Of a DNA stretch of 64,000 nucleotides, positions 20,935 to 33,944 are shown in pieces. Within the stretch, counting starts at the first letter, position 1; the number at the start of each line of letters is the position of its first letter. Source of the stretch: Camelus dromedarius (taxonomy: Eukaryota). Made by a program: the position numbers and the translations under genes. The DNA is taken from assembly GCF_036321535.1 (NCBI RefSeq), contig NC_087437.1, forward strand, positions 99,698,001 through 99,762,000. The letters are read 5' to 3'. Below the pieces are notes generated by a model that saw only the letters and a list, made by a program, of their open reading frames with translations, was not told the origin of the DNA and did not search any database.

Positions 20935-21330
20935 GTTTTTTTTTTTTCAATTTTACTCTTTTTTTCTCTTTAATTGTATCTTTAGTACTTTTTAATTTAC
21001 TGTCACCTTATCTGTGTTTTTCCCCCAGCTTTACTGAGCTATAATTGAAATACTTACCTGTATAAGTTTAAGGTGCACAACATAATGATTTGACATATAT
21101 ACATATATAGTCAAATAAGTACCATGATAAGTTTAGTTAACATCCAACACATCATATAGATAAAAAAAGAAAAGAAATATTTTTCCCTTGTGATGAGAAC
21201 TCTTGGATTTACTCTCTTAACAACTGTCAGATACGCCACACAGCCATGTTAACTACAGTCACCGTGTTATACATCATATCCCTAATACTTATGGCTAGAA
21301 GTTTGTACCTTTTGGCCACTTCCATCCAAG
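20935..21330 (-). mobile_element. L1MA9-like 3' end with T-rich tail
   Basis: CAGCTTTACTGAGCTATAATTGA...TAAGTTTAAGGTGCACAACATAATGATTTG...GTGATGAGAACTCTT...GAAGTTTGTACCTTTTG. Confidence 0.85.
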
Positions 21331-21814
21331 CAGTAGTTTAATGTATTTTAATATATTTTGTATAGTTCTTTCTTTGCTAAATGTAAGAGAGTAAATCGGA
21401 TGTTTTCTTTCATCATGACACAGAAGCCCTCCCCCTCTTCATTCTCATTCTTTTTCTCTGGGCAAGCGTGTTTGTGAAGCTCCTGGTGTTTCCCAAGATT
21501 GTTTTCCAGTGTCCAGTTATTGTTTTAATGTCTGGAGATTCTGTCATGGGACACCCATGTTTTGCTATGTGGCAAAGATAGTGACTTCTTGGTCACTAGA
21601 TTATACCAGAATGGTGAGTGATATTTTATGGAATGATATTTTAACAAATCGTATTTTTAACTTAATTTTATGTTATTAAACGGAAGATTTTATAACACCT
21701 CTATTTCTGTCCAATAGACTTAACTTTTTCAAAGCAGGTCTCAAACATTTCATTTTCCTAAAATATAGTAATGACTTAGATTTCTCCATATGTCACCCAC
21801 TTGAAAAAAAAATC

Positions 21815-22096
21815 TATATCAATTTCCCTAGCCTGACATAACAGATGAAGTTTGTGGCTTAAAATGACAGAAATTTATTCTCACAGTTCTGGAGGCCCAA
21901 AGTTCAAAATCAGGTTGTCAGCAAGGCTGCATTCATCCTGAAAGGCTCTCCTTGAGGAGAAGCTTTCCTTCTAGCTTCTGGAATCTGGGGGCTCCTGAAA
22001 CTACTTACATTTGCAAAAATCCTTTTTCCAAATTAGGCCACATTCTGGGGTTCTAAGTGGACATATCTTTCGGGGAGCCACAATTCAACCCATCAA
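21815..22096 (-). mobile_element. MLT1A/B/C-type MaLR LTR, internally deleted
   Basis: GGCTTAAAATGACAGAAATTTATTCTCACAGTTCTGGAGGC...ACATTTGCAAAAATCCTTTTTCCAAATTAGGCCACATTCTG...ACAATTCAACCCATCA. Confidence 0.85.
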
Positions 22097-22667
22097 AAGA
22101 CCTAATGAAGAGAGTGTCATTTAGAACAGACCCTTTACATTTTATGTTACAAACTGACTAGAAACTGTGATGGGGAAATCCAACTTTCCGGGAATGTATG
22201 ACTATGATATCCTGAAACAAAACTTCTCTCCTTCTTTCTCCCTCTCTCTTTCCAAAGAGAGATTTCTTGTACACAGGTTTGTACCATTTGCTATAATAGT
22301 CACAAAAGAATGATACCACTCTCCTTCAGTATAGTTACTGGTAAGTCATAATGCACAAATAATTAGAACTCTGCACAAGAGAGCAAAGTAACAGATTTCC
22401 AAAGGCAGTAATGGAGTGGTTGTAAAATGGGCATGTTAATTTAAAGAAGGAAGATCTAGATTCAGTTGGCAAAGTTTTGTATATAAGAGGGAGCTTGAGA
22501 AGGGCTTGGGGCTTGAGGGACAGAATGGAGGACACTTCAGAAGGAAAAGAGGGGATAAACCAGAGTGAACAAAGTCTCAGAGGTAGGCCTGGGAATGGTG
22601 ATTAGGAGGAAGAGGTGAAAAATTCAGTAATTAGCTAGTGAACTATGAAGTCAATCTAAGATAAGAG

Positions 22668-23397
22668 TGTGATGTTTGTGATACTATGATTTACAAAAGA
22701 TATATATTTGACCTTCACCCCCATTTCTGGAACACAGCTCCTAAAACCCTTGGAATTTCTTAAGTATAGAGCATAAAGGTGTCTTTTCTTACGTTAATGG
22801 ATGACTTCTGGGAAGCATCTAAGGATGCTGGTTGCCAGTGGAGCCAACCAAGTGATGGAGGATTGAAACTTTCTGTCCTACTTGAACTCCAGGTGGAGGG
22901 GGCTAGAGATTAAATGGCCAATGGCCAGTGACTTAATCAATCATGTCTATGTAATGAACCCTCCATAAAACCCCAAAAGAAAGGAGTTTGGAGAGTTTCG
23001 GTGTTGGTGAACAATTGGAGATGCAGGGAGAGTGGCACAAGAGAAGGCATGGAAGCTCTGCACCCATTCCCACATATCTTGCTCTCTGCAAGAGACTGGA
23101 TTTCTTTCTTCTGGCTGTTCCTGAGTTATATCCTTCTTATAATAAACCAATAATCTAGTAGGTAAAGTGTTTCTCTGAGTTCTGTGAGTTGCTCTAACAA
23201 ATTAATCAAACCTAGAGAAGGGGTTGTTGGAACCTGCAATATATGGTCAGTTGGTCAGAAGCACAGAAGACAACCTGGGTTTGTGATTGGCACCTGAAGT
23301 GGGAGGCAGTCTTGTAGGACTGAGCCTTTAAAGTTTGGAATCTGATGCTATCTCCACATAGAGAATGCGCTGAATTGAGTTGAACTGTAGGACACCT
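22668..23397 (+). mobile_element. MER21 (B/C-like) ERV LTR, 3'-truncated
   Basis: TG start; CACAGCTCCTAAAACCCTTGGAATTTC, TTAATCAATCATGTCTATGTAATGAA, GTGTTTCTCTGAGTTCTGTGAG, CTTGTAGGACTGAGCC; AATAAA at ~23141. Confidence 0.85.
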
Positions 23398-23595
23398 GGG
23401 AACTGACATGGTGCCTTTGGATGTGTCATTTAGCCTGATGATGTATTACAGTGAGCCTATAATGAAGCTCAAGGTCGACTGGAAGTCAAATTTTCTGCCA
23501 TCTTGGGCCAAGTTGGTTCTAACTAGTTCATGTCCTACCCTCAATTGCTGTGTCATTCTTTTAATTTTTGTGCTTTGCTCCCTTCCCCCGGCTCA
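23398..23595 (-). mobile_element. 5' part of a second ERV1-type LTR, antisense
   Basis: The minus strand begins TGAGCCGGGGGAAGGGAGCAAAGCACAA...AAAAGAATGACACAGC...CCAAGATGGCAGAAAATTTGACTTCCAGTCGACCTTGAGCTTCATTATA, resembling ungulate/carnivore ERV1 LTRs as I recall them. Family name uncertain. Confidence 0.6.
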
Positions 23596-24197
23596 CTAGG
23601 AAAACCATCCCAGAACCATGATTAATACAGAAAACAAACAAAATGACAAGTATACGGACTAACTAGACAAACTTTATCAGAATTGTCTCCTCTCTTTTAA
23701 ACAACAAAAACAAAGCAATGCCAAAATGTTTAAGTGTGACCACTGATTCGGAGAAGGAAGAAGAATGTTTTAGATACTCTTTCCTACATCAAGGTCATCT
23801 GCTTTTCCCCATAACCCAACCCTAAGTAAAAGGTAAATGACAGTAAACAGTCTTTTAGGTGACCTCAGTCTGCCACTACACTCCCACAAATGACAGGAAA
23901 GATCTCAAGGAAGAACACCTACAACAGAAGGTAAAAGGTACTGGATCTGCAGAGCTTATGGACAAAACAGAATAAGCAAGAGTGTAAAAATTGTTTCTGA
24001 ATGTGAAGTGGCAAGCTGCTTATTCCATGAGGATGAGGATTGTGTCTAAATTAATCCTGCCCATGGCATGAACTATAGACAATCACATACTTTTACAAAT
24101 GTGGCTGTTAACTGTTACAGCTAGACTGAAGCAATGTGTGGAACAAAGCATTGAGGCTGGGCAGTTTAAATTACTTGCCCATTTTAGGATTTTAAAA

Positions 24198-24400
24198 CAG
24201 GAATTGTCAATTTGTTTCTGTAAAGGGAGAGATAGTAAATAGTTCAGGCTTTGTGAGCCATCCTCTTCACAACTACAGAAATCTGCTGTTGGAGCAGGAA
24301 GGCAGTCACAAATCATAGGTAGAATAATGGGCGTGGCTGTGCACCTGCACTGAAGTGTTAACAACTCCTGCCCTGAAGCACTGACAGTTTGCCAGAGCTG
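24198..24400. mobile_element. MER58A-like hAT MITE
   Basis: TTTCTGTAAAGGG...GATAGTAAATA...AGGCTTTGTGAGCCAT...CACAACTAC...AATGGGCGTGGCTGTG...AGTTTGCC. Confidence 0.75.
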
Positions 24401-24787
24401 AGCCGAAGGGCGGCTCTTGGGGAGTGAGAATGAAAGTGGTTGATGACGAGGTTTATTGTCAAAGGGGAGGTTAAACTCCAACTCCCATAGCTTCTGATAA
24501 TAAATATCTCTATAGGGAAAAAGCGTGCTGGCAATTCAAAGGAAGCATCCATACAATTTCCGTAAACCTCCTTCCAATCAGACTGCTGCATTCAGGCTCC
24601 ACTCAATCCATAGCAATGCTGCAACTGGCACCGCACAGCAAGATACAAAGAGTGTTCATCTAGCAAAGGGAATGAGTTAGGTGCCTTTCCTGCACGCTGG
24701 GAGTGGAATATATTGATTCTCACAGCCAGATCAATTAAAATATTTCAACAGTTCAAATAAAATTGAATTCTGATCATTGCAAAGGAT

Positions 24788-24972
24788 CAGTGGTTCTCAA
24801 CTGGAGATGATTTGAAATGTCTGGAGACACTTTTGGTTGTCACAATTGGAGAGTGGTTGCTGCTGGCATCTTGCGGGTAGAGGTCAGGGATGCTGCTAAC
24901 TGTCCTGCACAGGGCACCCCCCCACCCCAAAACAAAGGATTATCCAATGCCAAAGTGGAGAAAACTTGTGCT
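24788..24972. mobile_element. MER20 hAT MITE
   Basis: CAGTGGTTCTCAACTGG...AATGTCTGGAGACACTTTTGGTTGTCACAA...GGCATCT...GTAGAGGTCAGGGATGCTGCTAA. Confidence 0.88.
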
Positions 24973-25854
24973 GATACTTTAATAAGTTCCTCCTTTAGTG
25001 AACATAATTACAACACAAAATGCATTTTCTGGAGGAATATTGAGAGCCATCAGCACATAAAAAAGTTGTCAGAGCAAAAGGCTTCCAAGCAGTTTGCAGA
25101 AGGAACTCTCTTGAAAAAAATATTTTACTCTTTCAAATTAATGCAAGAAGTGAAAGAACATCTCATATTTTTAGATCTGAATGCAGTATCTTTTCAGAAT
25201 ATAATTTGAAACAATCTGACTTTAAATTCATGTTTTGTAGTTTCATTTTCTAATCCTGGCACTGGTTATAAATTTAGACATATTGAGGTTTTCTAGTATG
25301 TGCATGATACAGTCTGGAACTACATCAAGCCAGAATAATAACCTACCTGGTTGATGCTGAGGACTGGAACTTTGGGAGAGAGAAGGCTTAAAGGCCATGA
25401 TACAACAGAAGCAATGCTTTTGTAGAGTTGCAAAGAGATTAGTGGTGCCTTAGAACTGCCTGGAAACTGCAGACTTTTCTGTTGGGAGAGCAAGAGCGAA
25501 GATACAGTTGAGGTTGGGCTGACAGAATCAGGTCAAAGTGTTCTGCTTCGGTTTGATGTGTCTTAATCTGGAGTTCCTCAAATGGAGCTAAATCTATATA
25601 ACTCTGAGTCTGGGGGAAAGAAAAACACTCCAGCAGACACATGGAGTTTCCTCAATAGCTAAAATTAGTGCGTGAATCAAGGTTACCCTAAAAGACCAGG
25701 AGCTATTTAAACTTAGCCACACATCCAAATTATTCAATAACTCCCAAATTAGAAAGTAAGAACTAATCGATCATTTCTCCCTTGGACAGAAATAAAAATC
25801 AACCAAGCTGGTTATTTGCAAAATTTAAAAGAAACTTCCTGCTACTAGGCAATT

Positions 25855-26420
25855 AATTTTTTTTAAGTTTACTTTAGAATAGCTTTAGATTTACAAAAAC
25901 GTTGGAAAGATAATACAGAGAGTTTCAGTATATGCCAACTTTTTTTTCCCTATTATTAATTAATTACTTTATTATGTTACATGATTAATATATAAGTATA
26001 ATACATTATCACATCTTATGAACCAATATTAATACATTATTATTATTATTATTACTAACAAAAGCCCATATTTTATTCATATTTCCTTAGTTTTTTCCTA
26101 ATGTCTTTTTTTTTATTCCAGGATCCCATGTAGGGTACCATATTACACTAAGTCATCATATCTTCTTAGGTTGCAACAATTTCTCAGATATTCTTTGTTT
26201 TTGAAGGTTTTAAGAAGTTCTGATCAGGTATTTTGTAGAATGTCCCTCAACTGGAATTTTTCTGATGTTTTTCTCATTATTAGACTGAGGTAGTGAATTT
26301 GGGAAGGAAGACTACACAGATCATAACATGCCAATCTTAACAAATTGTATCAAGATTATGTGCCACCAACATGATGCATCACTCTTGAGCTTAACCTCGA
26401 TTACCAAGCTGAGGTAGTAT
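25855..26420 (-). mobile_element. L1MC/L1MB-type 3' UTR
   Basis: TTTAGAATAGCTTTAGATTTACAAAAA...TTCCAGGATCCCAT...TCAGGTATTTTGTAGAATGTCCCTCAACTGG...TTAACCTCGATTACC. Confidence 0.8.
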
Positions 26421-27868
26421 GCATAATTCAATTTTAAACTGAATTTTACTTACATATTGAAATTGTGCAAACGAAATGACATATATCATATAAAATAGCT
26501 TGATAGAGTGTTTAAATATCTTTTCTTTTCTTAAATTGCTGTGTTTTCTTGAGAAGTATTCACTCAAGTATTTCTTTAGTTGAAACCACAACTGTTTTGT
26601 GTAATATCTGATCTTAAGAGTAACTTAGATTAAGCTTCATGTTTAACAGTCTTTGACTACCTTCCGTGAGGTAGCATTGAAGGATGCACCTCTTTTTCTA
26701 AGGTGACATAAATCACGCTATTACTACTGATAATGATGATATTTTTAGTGAGAGCATCTTATGCATTTTCATGTGCATTAACTCTCTTGAGTCTAATAAC
26801 AATCCCATAAGGTCGTCAGTAGATGCTCTATTTTTAGTCATAGTAACTATTTTTGTAGTTTGCTTTCAATATAGCAAGTATTTGCATATCGTGTGTCTTC
26901 ACTGTTTTGTGAATACAAAGATATATTAATAGATGAGGAAAAGTATAGTCCTTCTTTCCCTAAAAAATTTACAGTAGTACTTATTGTGTGTGTAGTATAT
27001 ACATTTGTAACAAACATTTATCCAGTGATTCCCATTATAAAGGAAATAATTGAGTTTTCCTATTTGTTAGCAGTTAGCAAGATTTCACATTTCACTAAAA
27101 AGTTTTAAGCCTTGGATGCCAATAATGCAAGTAATTTCACAGTTAAGTGCCAAAATTAGGCTGGTACCTGTAAGCTAGGTTATCTGCTGAATAGATAAAA
27201 TGTTACTTTAGATATCATTCTGAAATTTTGATTGTTAGATTCTGAAATACATTTAATACTATATGATACCTAAGTTACTCTTCATAGGAATAGAAGGATT
27301 TTAAAAGAAATTAGCTATTCCTTTTTTTTTTTCCCTTGAAGTTCTGCACCTTTTTGATTAGGACATCTTATCTAAATTTCAACTACTATTTGAAAGCTAA
27401 GACTAATATTTGCTAACTAAAGAATTTATCAAAGCAACTTTTATATGAGAAAGAACAGATTGTCTTAGGATGACTTATATTAATAAGTTTTAATTGTAAA
27501 TGTTTATACTAATAAAAATAATCATCAGGTAATATGATGGACCAGATGAGTGAAGAGAACTCTCCAAGTTCAGAGCATCTAAATAGGCTGATAAAAAGAA
27601 TTTTAAAAAGCTTTTCAAAGAGAACTGTTTAGCTAGTATAAGCTAAACGGAACAATCTGAGGACATAAACTAGGAAAAAATACGGTATCACAAGGCCAGG
27701 AAATTTCTAAAGCTGATTCTAACACTAAAGTTATCTCCTGGTCCCTATAATCTAAAGCTTAGATTTGAATGAGACATTGAATGCAAGGCACAAGAGACTA
27801 AGTCGGGGCCTCAGTCAATGTGGGACTTCAAACCAGAGATGCTGGCCAACATGGGACTCAGGTAGGTG

Positions 27869-27893
27869 CACACACACACACACACACACACAC
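27869..27893. repeat. (CA)n microsatellite
   Basis: Direct reading. Confidence 0.95.
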
Positions 27894-28149
27894 TCACTCT
27901 CTTAGCTTATCTGTCTTGGAATTGGTTTTGCATCATGTAGGGGAAAAAAAAGGTCACCTGAGAATTATAACCACAAACTTGTATTCAAGCACATATGGGC
28001 AACTTGAGAGACTCATTTTGGAAATTTAGTTGGACATGGTCCTGGATCGTGCCTCTAGTCAACTGGCTGAAGCAAAAGCAAACCCTTCAAAGAGAATATG
28101 CTCCAAACACAGTCCCTAAGGAATTTTCACAAAGTTCTAAGACTCAGTG

Positions 28150-28487
28150 TATATAAAAACAATGTACATATTTTAATCAAAAAATACTTTATTGTTAAAG
28201 ATTGCGAACCATCATCTGAGCCTTTAGGGAGTCCAAATTTTTTTGCAGTAGTAACAGCAAAGCTCACTGATCACAGATCACCATAACAAACGTAATGATT
28301 GTGAAGAAGTTCGAAATATTTGGAGAATTACCAAAACATGACACAGACACAAAGTGAGCAAATGCGGTTGGAAAAATGATGCAAGTAGACTTGCTCAGTG
28401 CAGAATTGCCACAAACCTTCAATTTGTAAAAAATGCAGTATCTGTGAAGGGCAATAGAGCAAAGCACAATATAATGAAGCATGCCTG
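28150..28487 (-). mobile_element. Internally deleted Tigger1 (TcMar) derivative
   Basis: The minus strand starts CAGGCATGCTTCATTATATTGTGCTTTGC...TTTTTTACAAATTGAAGGTTTGTGGCAA...TGTGATCAGTGA, with TA at 28488-28489. It is joined directly to Tigger1 3'-region sequence (AAGGCTCAGATGATGG...AATAAAGTATTTTT). Confidence 0.88.
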
Positions 28488-31400
28488 TATATCCCTGTAT
28501 AAACTGAGTCATACATGCACCACAGGACATACGGACATACACAAGACTGTGATTAGAGGCTTAGCTGATGTTGTGAGCTTATATAGCTAAGAAGAAAATG
28601 TATGAACTGACACAAGAGGTTAAAAAAAAGTCTACAAAACACAGAAAAAAAGAGCATAATTGGCCAGTGGGGCACAGAACAAAGGTTTTACACGTGTGTA
28701 ATTGGATTTTCAGAAAGAGAAAATGAAGAGTGAGATATAGAAACACTATTTATTGAATTATGCTAAGAATTTTCCCAACTTATAAAAGATATAACACAAG
28801 ATCAACAATAATTAGAAAATTCAAGCAGGATGCATATAAAAAAAACTTCTGGTACATCAGATTTCAACTGCTGTAAACCAAAGACAAAGTGAGAATCTCA
28901 AAAGCCGGCCAAAAGAAAAAGACACCTTAACTTCAAAGGAGCAAAATCCCAACAACCAACAAACATAGAACAGAACTGACTTCTCGGTGGAGACGATGAA
29001 ATTCAACAGATAAGGGAACGTCATGCTTAGGTTGAAAGAACGTAACTAATGACCAAAGGTCCTGGACTCAATGAAATTTTCTTCCAAAAGTAAAATAAAA
29101 CAAAGATATTGTGAGACAAAACCTGAGAGAATTTGTCACTAGAAGACTAATGTAGTCTTTTAGACCCTTGGAAAGGACCTCTGATGGCAGCCTGAAATAG
29201 AAGAAAGAGTGAAGAACGATAGGAAGTTTAAATCTGTGGATAAATGTAAATGAAAATTTAGTATAAATTAGCAATAGTGATGGCTTTGGGGGTATAAAGT
29301 ACATAGAGTATCAAAATATAAGATTACAACAGCACATTATTAGGGAGGAATAAATAGAATTAAAGACTTAAGGTCTTTTCATTTCCCTACAAGTATCTTA
29401 GAATTTATATTAGATCTTAATTTTAAAAAATTATTTTGCAATCTCTAGGATAACTAAAAGAATAACAAAAAGGCTGATAGACATTGGGAAACAGAATGAC
29501 AAAAAAATCTACTGATCCAACAAAATGCAACCATAGGCATAGTAACTCAAATTAAACTATAAATAGTGTATTTGTATATACTTGTATATTTAAACCAAAT
29601 CATTACAATTATGTTTAAATGGAATATGTACTCCAATTAAAATCGAAGATTTTTATGGGGGAAAAACACCCAAATGTGTGTATCTTGCAACAAATATCAC
29701 TGAAATATAAGTATACAAAAGGGTTGAAAATAAAAGAATAGAAAACGCTGTACTCTTGAACAGCACCAGAAGAAAGCTGCCATAGCTATACTAACAAACA
29801 AGACTTTAATTCTAGAAGCCTAACTAATGCTAACAAGGGTATTTGATAATGATCGAAGGTAAAGCCCACCAAACATATTCAGCACTTCTAAATTTGTAAT
29901 AAGAAAAATTCAAAATATATTGAGCAAAAATAAAACTAAAAGGAGAAAAAAAAAACAAATCTACAATCAAAATGAGAGATTTCAAAATCCTTCTCTCATA
30001 AACGGATAAAGAAGCATTTGACTATGTGCAGGGTCGTAAAACTTATTTAAACACTTGAAAGGACAGAAATCTTATGGAGCATGTTTTCTGATCACAGTGA
30101 AAATTACAGAGAAACGAGAAGGAAAGATAACTAGAATATTTCCACGCTGTTTGGAAATTATACAATACATTTCTAAATAGTCCATGGGCCAAAAGAAATC
30201 ACAGTTGAAATCAGAACATATTTTGAGTTGAATGACAATGAAAATACTACATATCAAAACACGCAGGATGTACTGAATACCGTCCTTAACTGAAAAGTTT
30301 ATTGCCTTAAATTCTTACATTAGCCAACCATAAAAGCGTAAAGACCTGTAATCTAAGCATCCAACTAACAAATGAAATCTAAATAAAATGAAACACCTGA
30401 GGAAGTCCGTAGTCTAGGAAGGAAGGAATAATAGACACAAGAGCAGAAACCAATGGGAGGTGAGGGGCGGGGGGAGGACCACAAAGCTAGAAGTTTGGTT
30501 TTTGACAAAATAAACAAAACCTTGCAAGATGAATCAAGGATAAAAACAAAAAGCAGAAATTTCTAATATCAGGAATGGAAAAGGACAATCATTATAGATC
30601 CTAGAGCCTTAAAAAACAAAAAAAAACATATTTGAGGCAAGTTTAAGCCAATAAATTTGACAATTTTAGATGAAATGATACATTCCTTAAATTACAAAAT
30701 GAGCCAATGGGCAGAGAGAGAATGAAAAATCTTAAGTCTTTTCCTACAGATCTCAAAAACTTTCCCATAGAGAAATATCCAGATACCTTCAACAGGCAAC
30801 TCTACTAAATTTTTGAAGAAAAACAAAAATGCAAAAGAATGATGACAGTAAGTATTGACAAGGATGTGGACAAACTTGATCTCTAACAAATTGATATTAG
30901 GAATTTAAATGGATACAATCACTTCAGAAAACTGGCACTGTCTACTCAAATTAAGCATATTTGTACAAAACTTCTACCCAACAAAAATAACTGCATATGG
31001 CTACATCAAAAGATAAATAACAGTCAAATATTAAAACAACCCAATTGTTCACCATCATTGGAATGCCTAAATTAAAGTGTGCTATTTTTGTACAATGGAA
31101 TACTCTACAGCAATGAAAATGCACAAACTCATGCATCATCATGGATGAATTTCATGAACATAACTTTGAATAAAGGAGGGCAGACAAAAATGATCCAAAT
31201 TATGTCATTTAATTTTACAGAATCCAAATCAAGCAAAATTAATTCATGGTATTTGTAGTAAAAATAATAGTTATCTTTGAACAGTGACTGGAAGGACATA
31301 ATGGGGAGGTTCTGGGAAGATCATGATGTTCTATTTCTTAGTATGAGTTGTATACATTTTTTTCATTTTCTGAGAAAGTTAGCTATATGCTTTAACTTCT

Positions 31401-33944
31401 TTTCAATTTTTGGTATTTATTTTCAAAAGTTAACTTAAGAAAGTAATTGTTCTTCAGTAGAACTCTGTGTATATGCAGTGCAGTTCAGTGCCTGCCTATC
31501 TTGAATACCTTGCATATTTTTAGTAAGAAACCCTTGCCATCATTCCACCTGGAGTACTTTTTCCCTTCCTTCCCAAACTCCTTGAAATAGCAGCACACAA
31601 GATCTTTTCTTTCTTCACCTATCTCAATGTATTGCTATTAATATCTTTATAGGCTGTAGAATTTGTATTTCTAACCATAGTTGCCTGTGGCTAGTAACTT
31701 ATCATTGTGTACTGTTAAATTTCTACTTTGTGTCCAGCTCATTCATTGTAAAGCATTAGTTTCACTTTGGAGAATTAAAAATGGCTGAGGTTTGTTTAAC
31801 TATGTAACGCGAGGCCATTAAAGGCGCATGTTACACATGCTAAAAACATTAATGCTGCTGCTGTTCCTTCTGCTCATGGTGATGGAGAACAGGAGTGCAG
31901 GCTGAGTGAGGATGTTCAGAGTCTTCCAAGTGCATGCCTGAGGAATGCTGGAACCTCTGGTTGGCTGAAATCATTGATCTTTCATTTTATTGAGTGGATA
32001 CTACGAGCCAAGTGCTGGTTCAAATGCTAAGGAGCACAGTAAAGAAAATTATTCAAAAATGGAAGAGAAAGGATAGATGTGAAGTGGTTTGCAGGGTTAG
32101 ATATTATGAGAAATAGACATTTTTTTTTAATGTTTCATGGAATTTTACTAAATGGTACATGGTTAAAATCTTCTATCAGAGCTTCAAACAAAATTTTCAG
32201 TAAAATATCCGTTTTTTGGGTGTTGGCATCTTTTGGTTGGATACATTTTTCACCCACACAATGATCTCTGTTTCAAAATCAGGAGGATGGCAATAAAATA
32301 TGCTTGTGAGAAGCCCCCTGTATTTCAGTTACAACTAGAAAAAAAAAAACACTACAGAAATATTTCTTAAAATGCTTCAAAATAAGATGGCTTGCTTTTA
32401 AATCCTAAGTCAATTGCTTAGAAACTTTAGAACTCATTGGCTAGCCAACAGTAAATTATCTAGCCTTCAAAAGCAGTAAATAGAATTCTTTTTGCTCATT
32501 TTTAGTTCATAGCCCTGTCCCTGATTCCAGAGCTCTTTTTTCTAAATTGTGCCTTTTAAAAAGTCTTTATTTTCAAACTCATCATGCCTCAAAAATTACT
32601 AATACTTCAAATAAAAACCTACTGGCACTTTTTCTAGAGATTCTGGATTAAAAATACCTAGCAAAGCATCCAGGATGCTTCAGGTGGCCTTTTCTTATAT
32701 CCCTTCCATTTCTCAACAATTCTGCATGAATATATTAAAAACTCAGGTTATTTTTTTTCCAAATTTAACTTCTAATTAAACTCTCTTCTATTTAATACAT
32801 TTTTAACAGTCATTGTACAAATTTAAAGTAATATTTCAACTCCCTTATATATTAAAACCATAGATTGATAAATTGTTAGTGTATTTAAAAAGTTAGAGGT
32901 TTTTGGCTTTTTTTTCTTCTTCTTCTTTTTGGTTTGCTGTTACCATGGATTCTTCAGGGAACTGAAGTCTCTTTAGCTCAATTGAGAGCTTTGTATGACA
33001 AATCAAATTGTACTGACCTCCTCTGAGCCTTCTTTCATAGGAATGTGAAAGATTTGGCAGTTTGAAATTAAGGATTATATCTATACATTTTTTTAATGAC
33101 TATTACCATGTTTTCCGAGATCTAAGATGACAGATAAATTTATTGCTTTTTGGAAGCACTTTAATTTGTTCTTGTTTTCTTATTTCTAGAAGCAAATGTC
33201 TCTCTGGAGACCTCACAATATGTTAAATAATATGTATCCTTGTTATCTTACTTGAAAATTTAATTAATTTATGAGTTAACCTTGCCATAATATTTACTTG
33301 CTAGTCTCATTTTAATAGCAGGTCTAGAAAAAGGGCAAATCTATATATTTCAGGAAATTAGAAACAAAGACTTTGCTTTGGAATGCATCAGGCTATGTCT
33401 TTGGTCTTTAAATAAGCTCTTGAAATAGAATAGTGAAAAATCAATATTATTTTTCTGAACCTATAATTAAAAAAAAATAAAAATGCATTTGGTTGTGACA
33501 TGACTTTGCTCCCCATGTACCCCCTTCTGAAGTGTTTCCTTCCTCCTTTGTGGCCATCCTACATCTATCTGTCCTCTACTGAAGAACTAGTCTGACTCCT
33601 CTCCCCACTCCCAGGCAGCTAGCCACACCGCGGCCGTGTATCACACAGCTTTGGGCGGCTCAGTGTAACACATTTCTGGGTCTGTGTCTTTTCTCTTTAA
33701 CTAGAAGTCAACAGTTTATTTCTCTTATATCTGTTACGTCACTTACCACATCCTGAAAATTTTTTTCCTCAGCGATGTACATAATAAAATGAAAATTTAT
33801 TTACTAACTTTGTGATGCAAATATTCCCCTCTGACGACTCCAGGATTGTACAATACTGTGTCTAAATGGACCCCAAGGTGTCAAGAGAAGTCCACAGAGT
33901 TCAGTGGCCATGTAATATGTTGCTTAACATGGACCTCTCTTTAA

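Larger units (their letters stand above)
27500..31440 (+). mobile_element. Long decayed ancient L1 (5' remnant, ORF1, ORF2 start, L1ME-like 3' UTR), interrupted by Tigger1
   Basis: A-rich sense strand; AAAACCTGAGAGAATTTGTCACTAG (ORF1 end), AGCATGTTTTCTGATCACAGTGAAA (endonuclease), GCCAATAAATTTGACAATTTTAGATGAAATG, ATGGAATACTCTACAGCAATGAAAA (3' region). The 5' boundary is uncertain. Confidence 0.75.

Noticed and set aside
24817..25209. 130-aa ORF (MSGDTFGCHNW…)
   Set aside because: The N-terminus is a MER20 translation and the remainder is featureless.
28264..28590. Overlapping ORFs as a transposase
   Set aside because: They lie in the non-coding terminal part of a deleted Tigger1, with no HTH or DDE motifs.
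33741..33760. 6-nt minus-strand microexon (TTTTCAG|GATGTG|GTAAGT)
   Set aside because: The donor is good, but the acceptor is preceded by an A run rather than a pyrimidine tract, and no host gene is evident.
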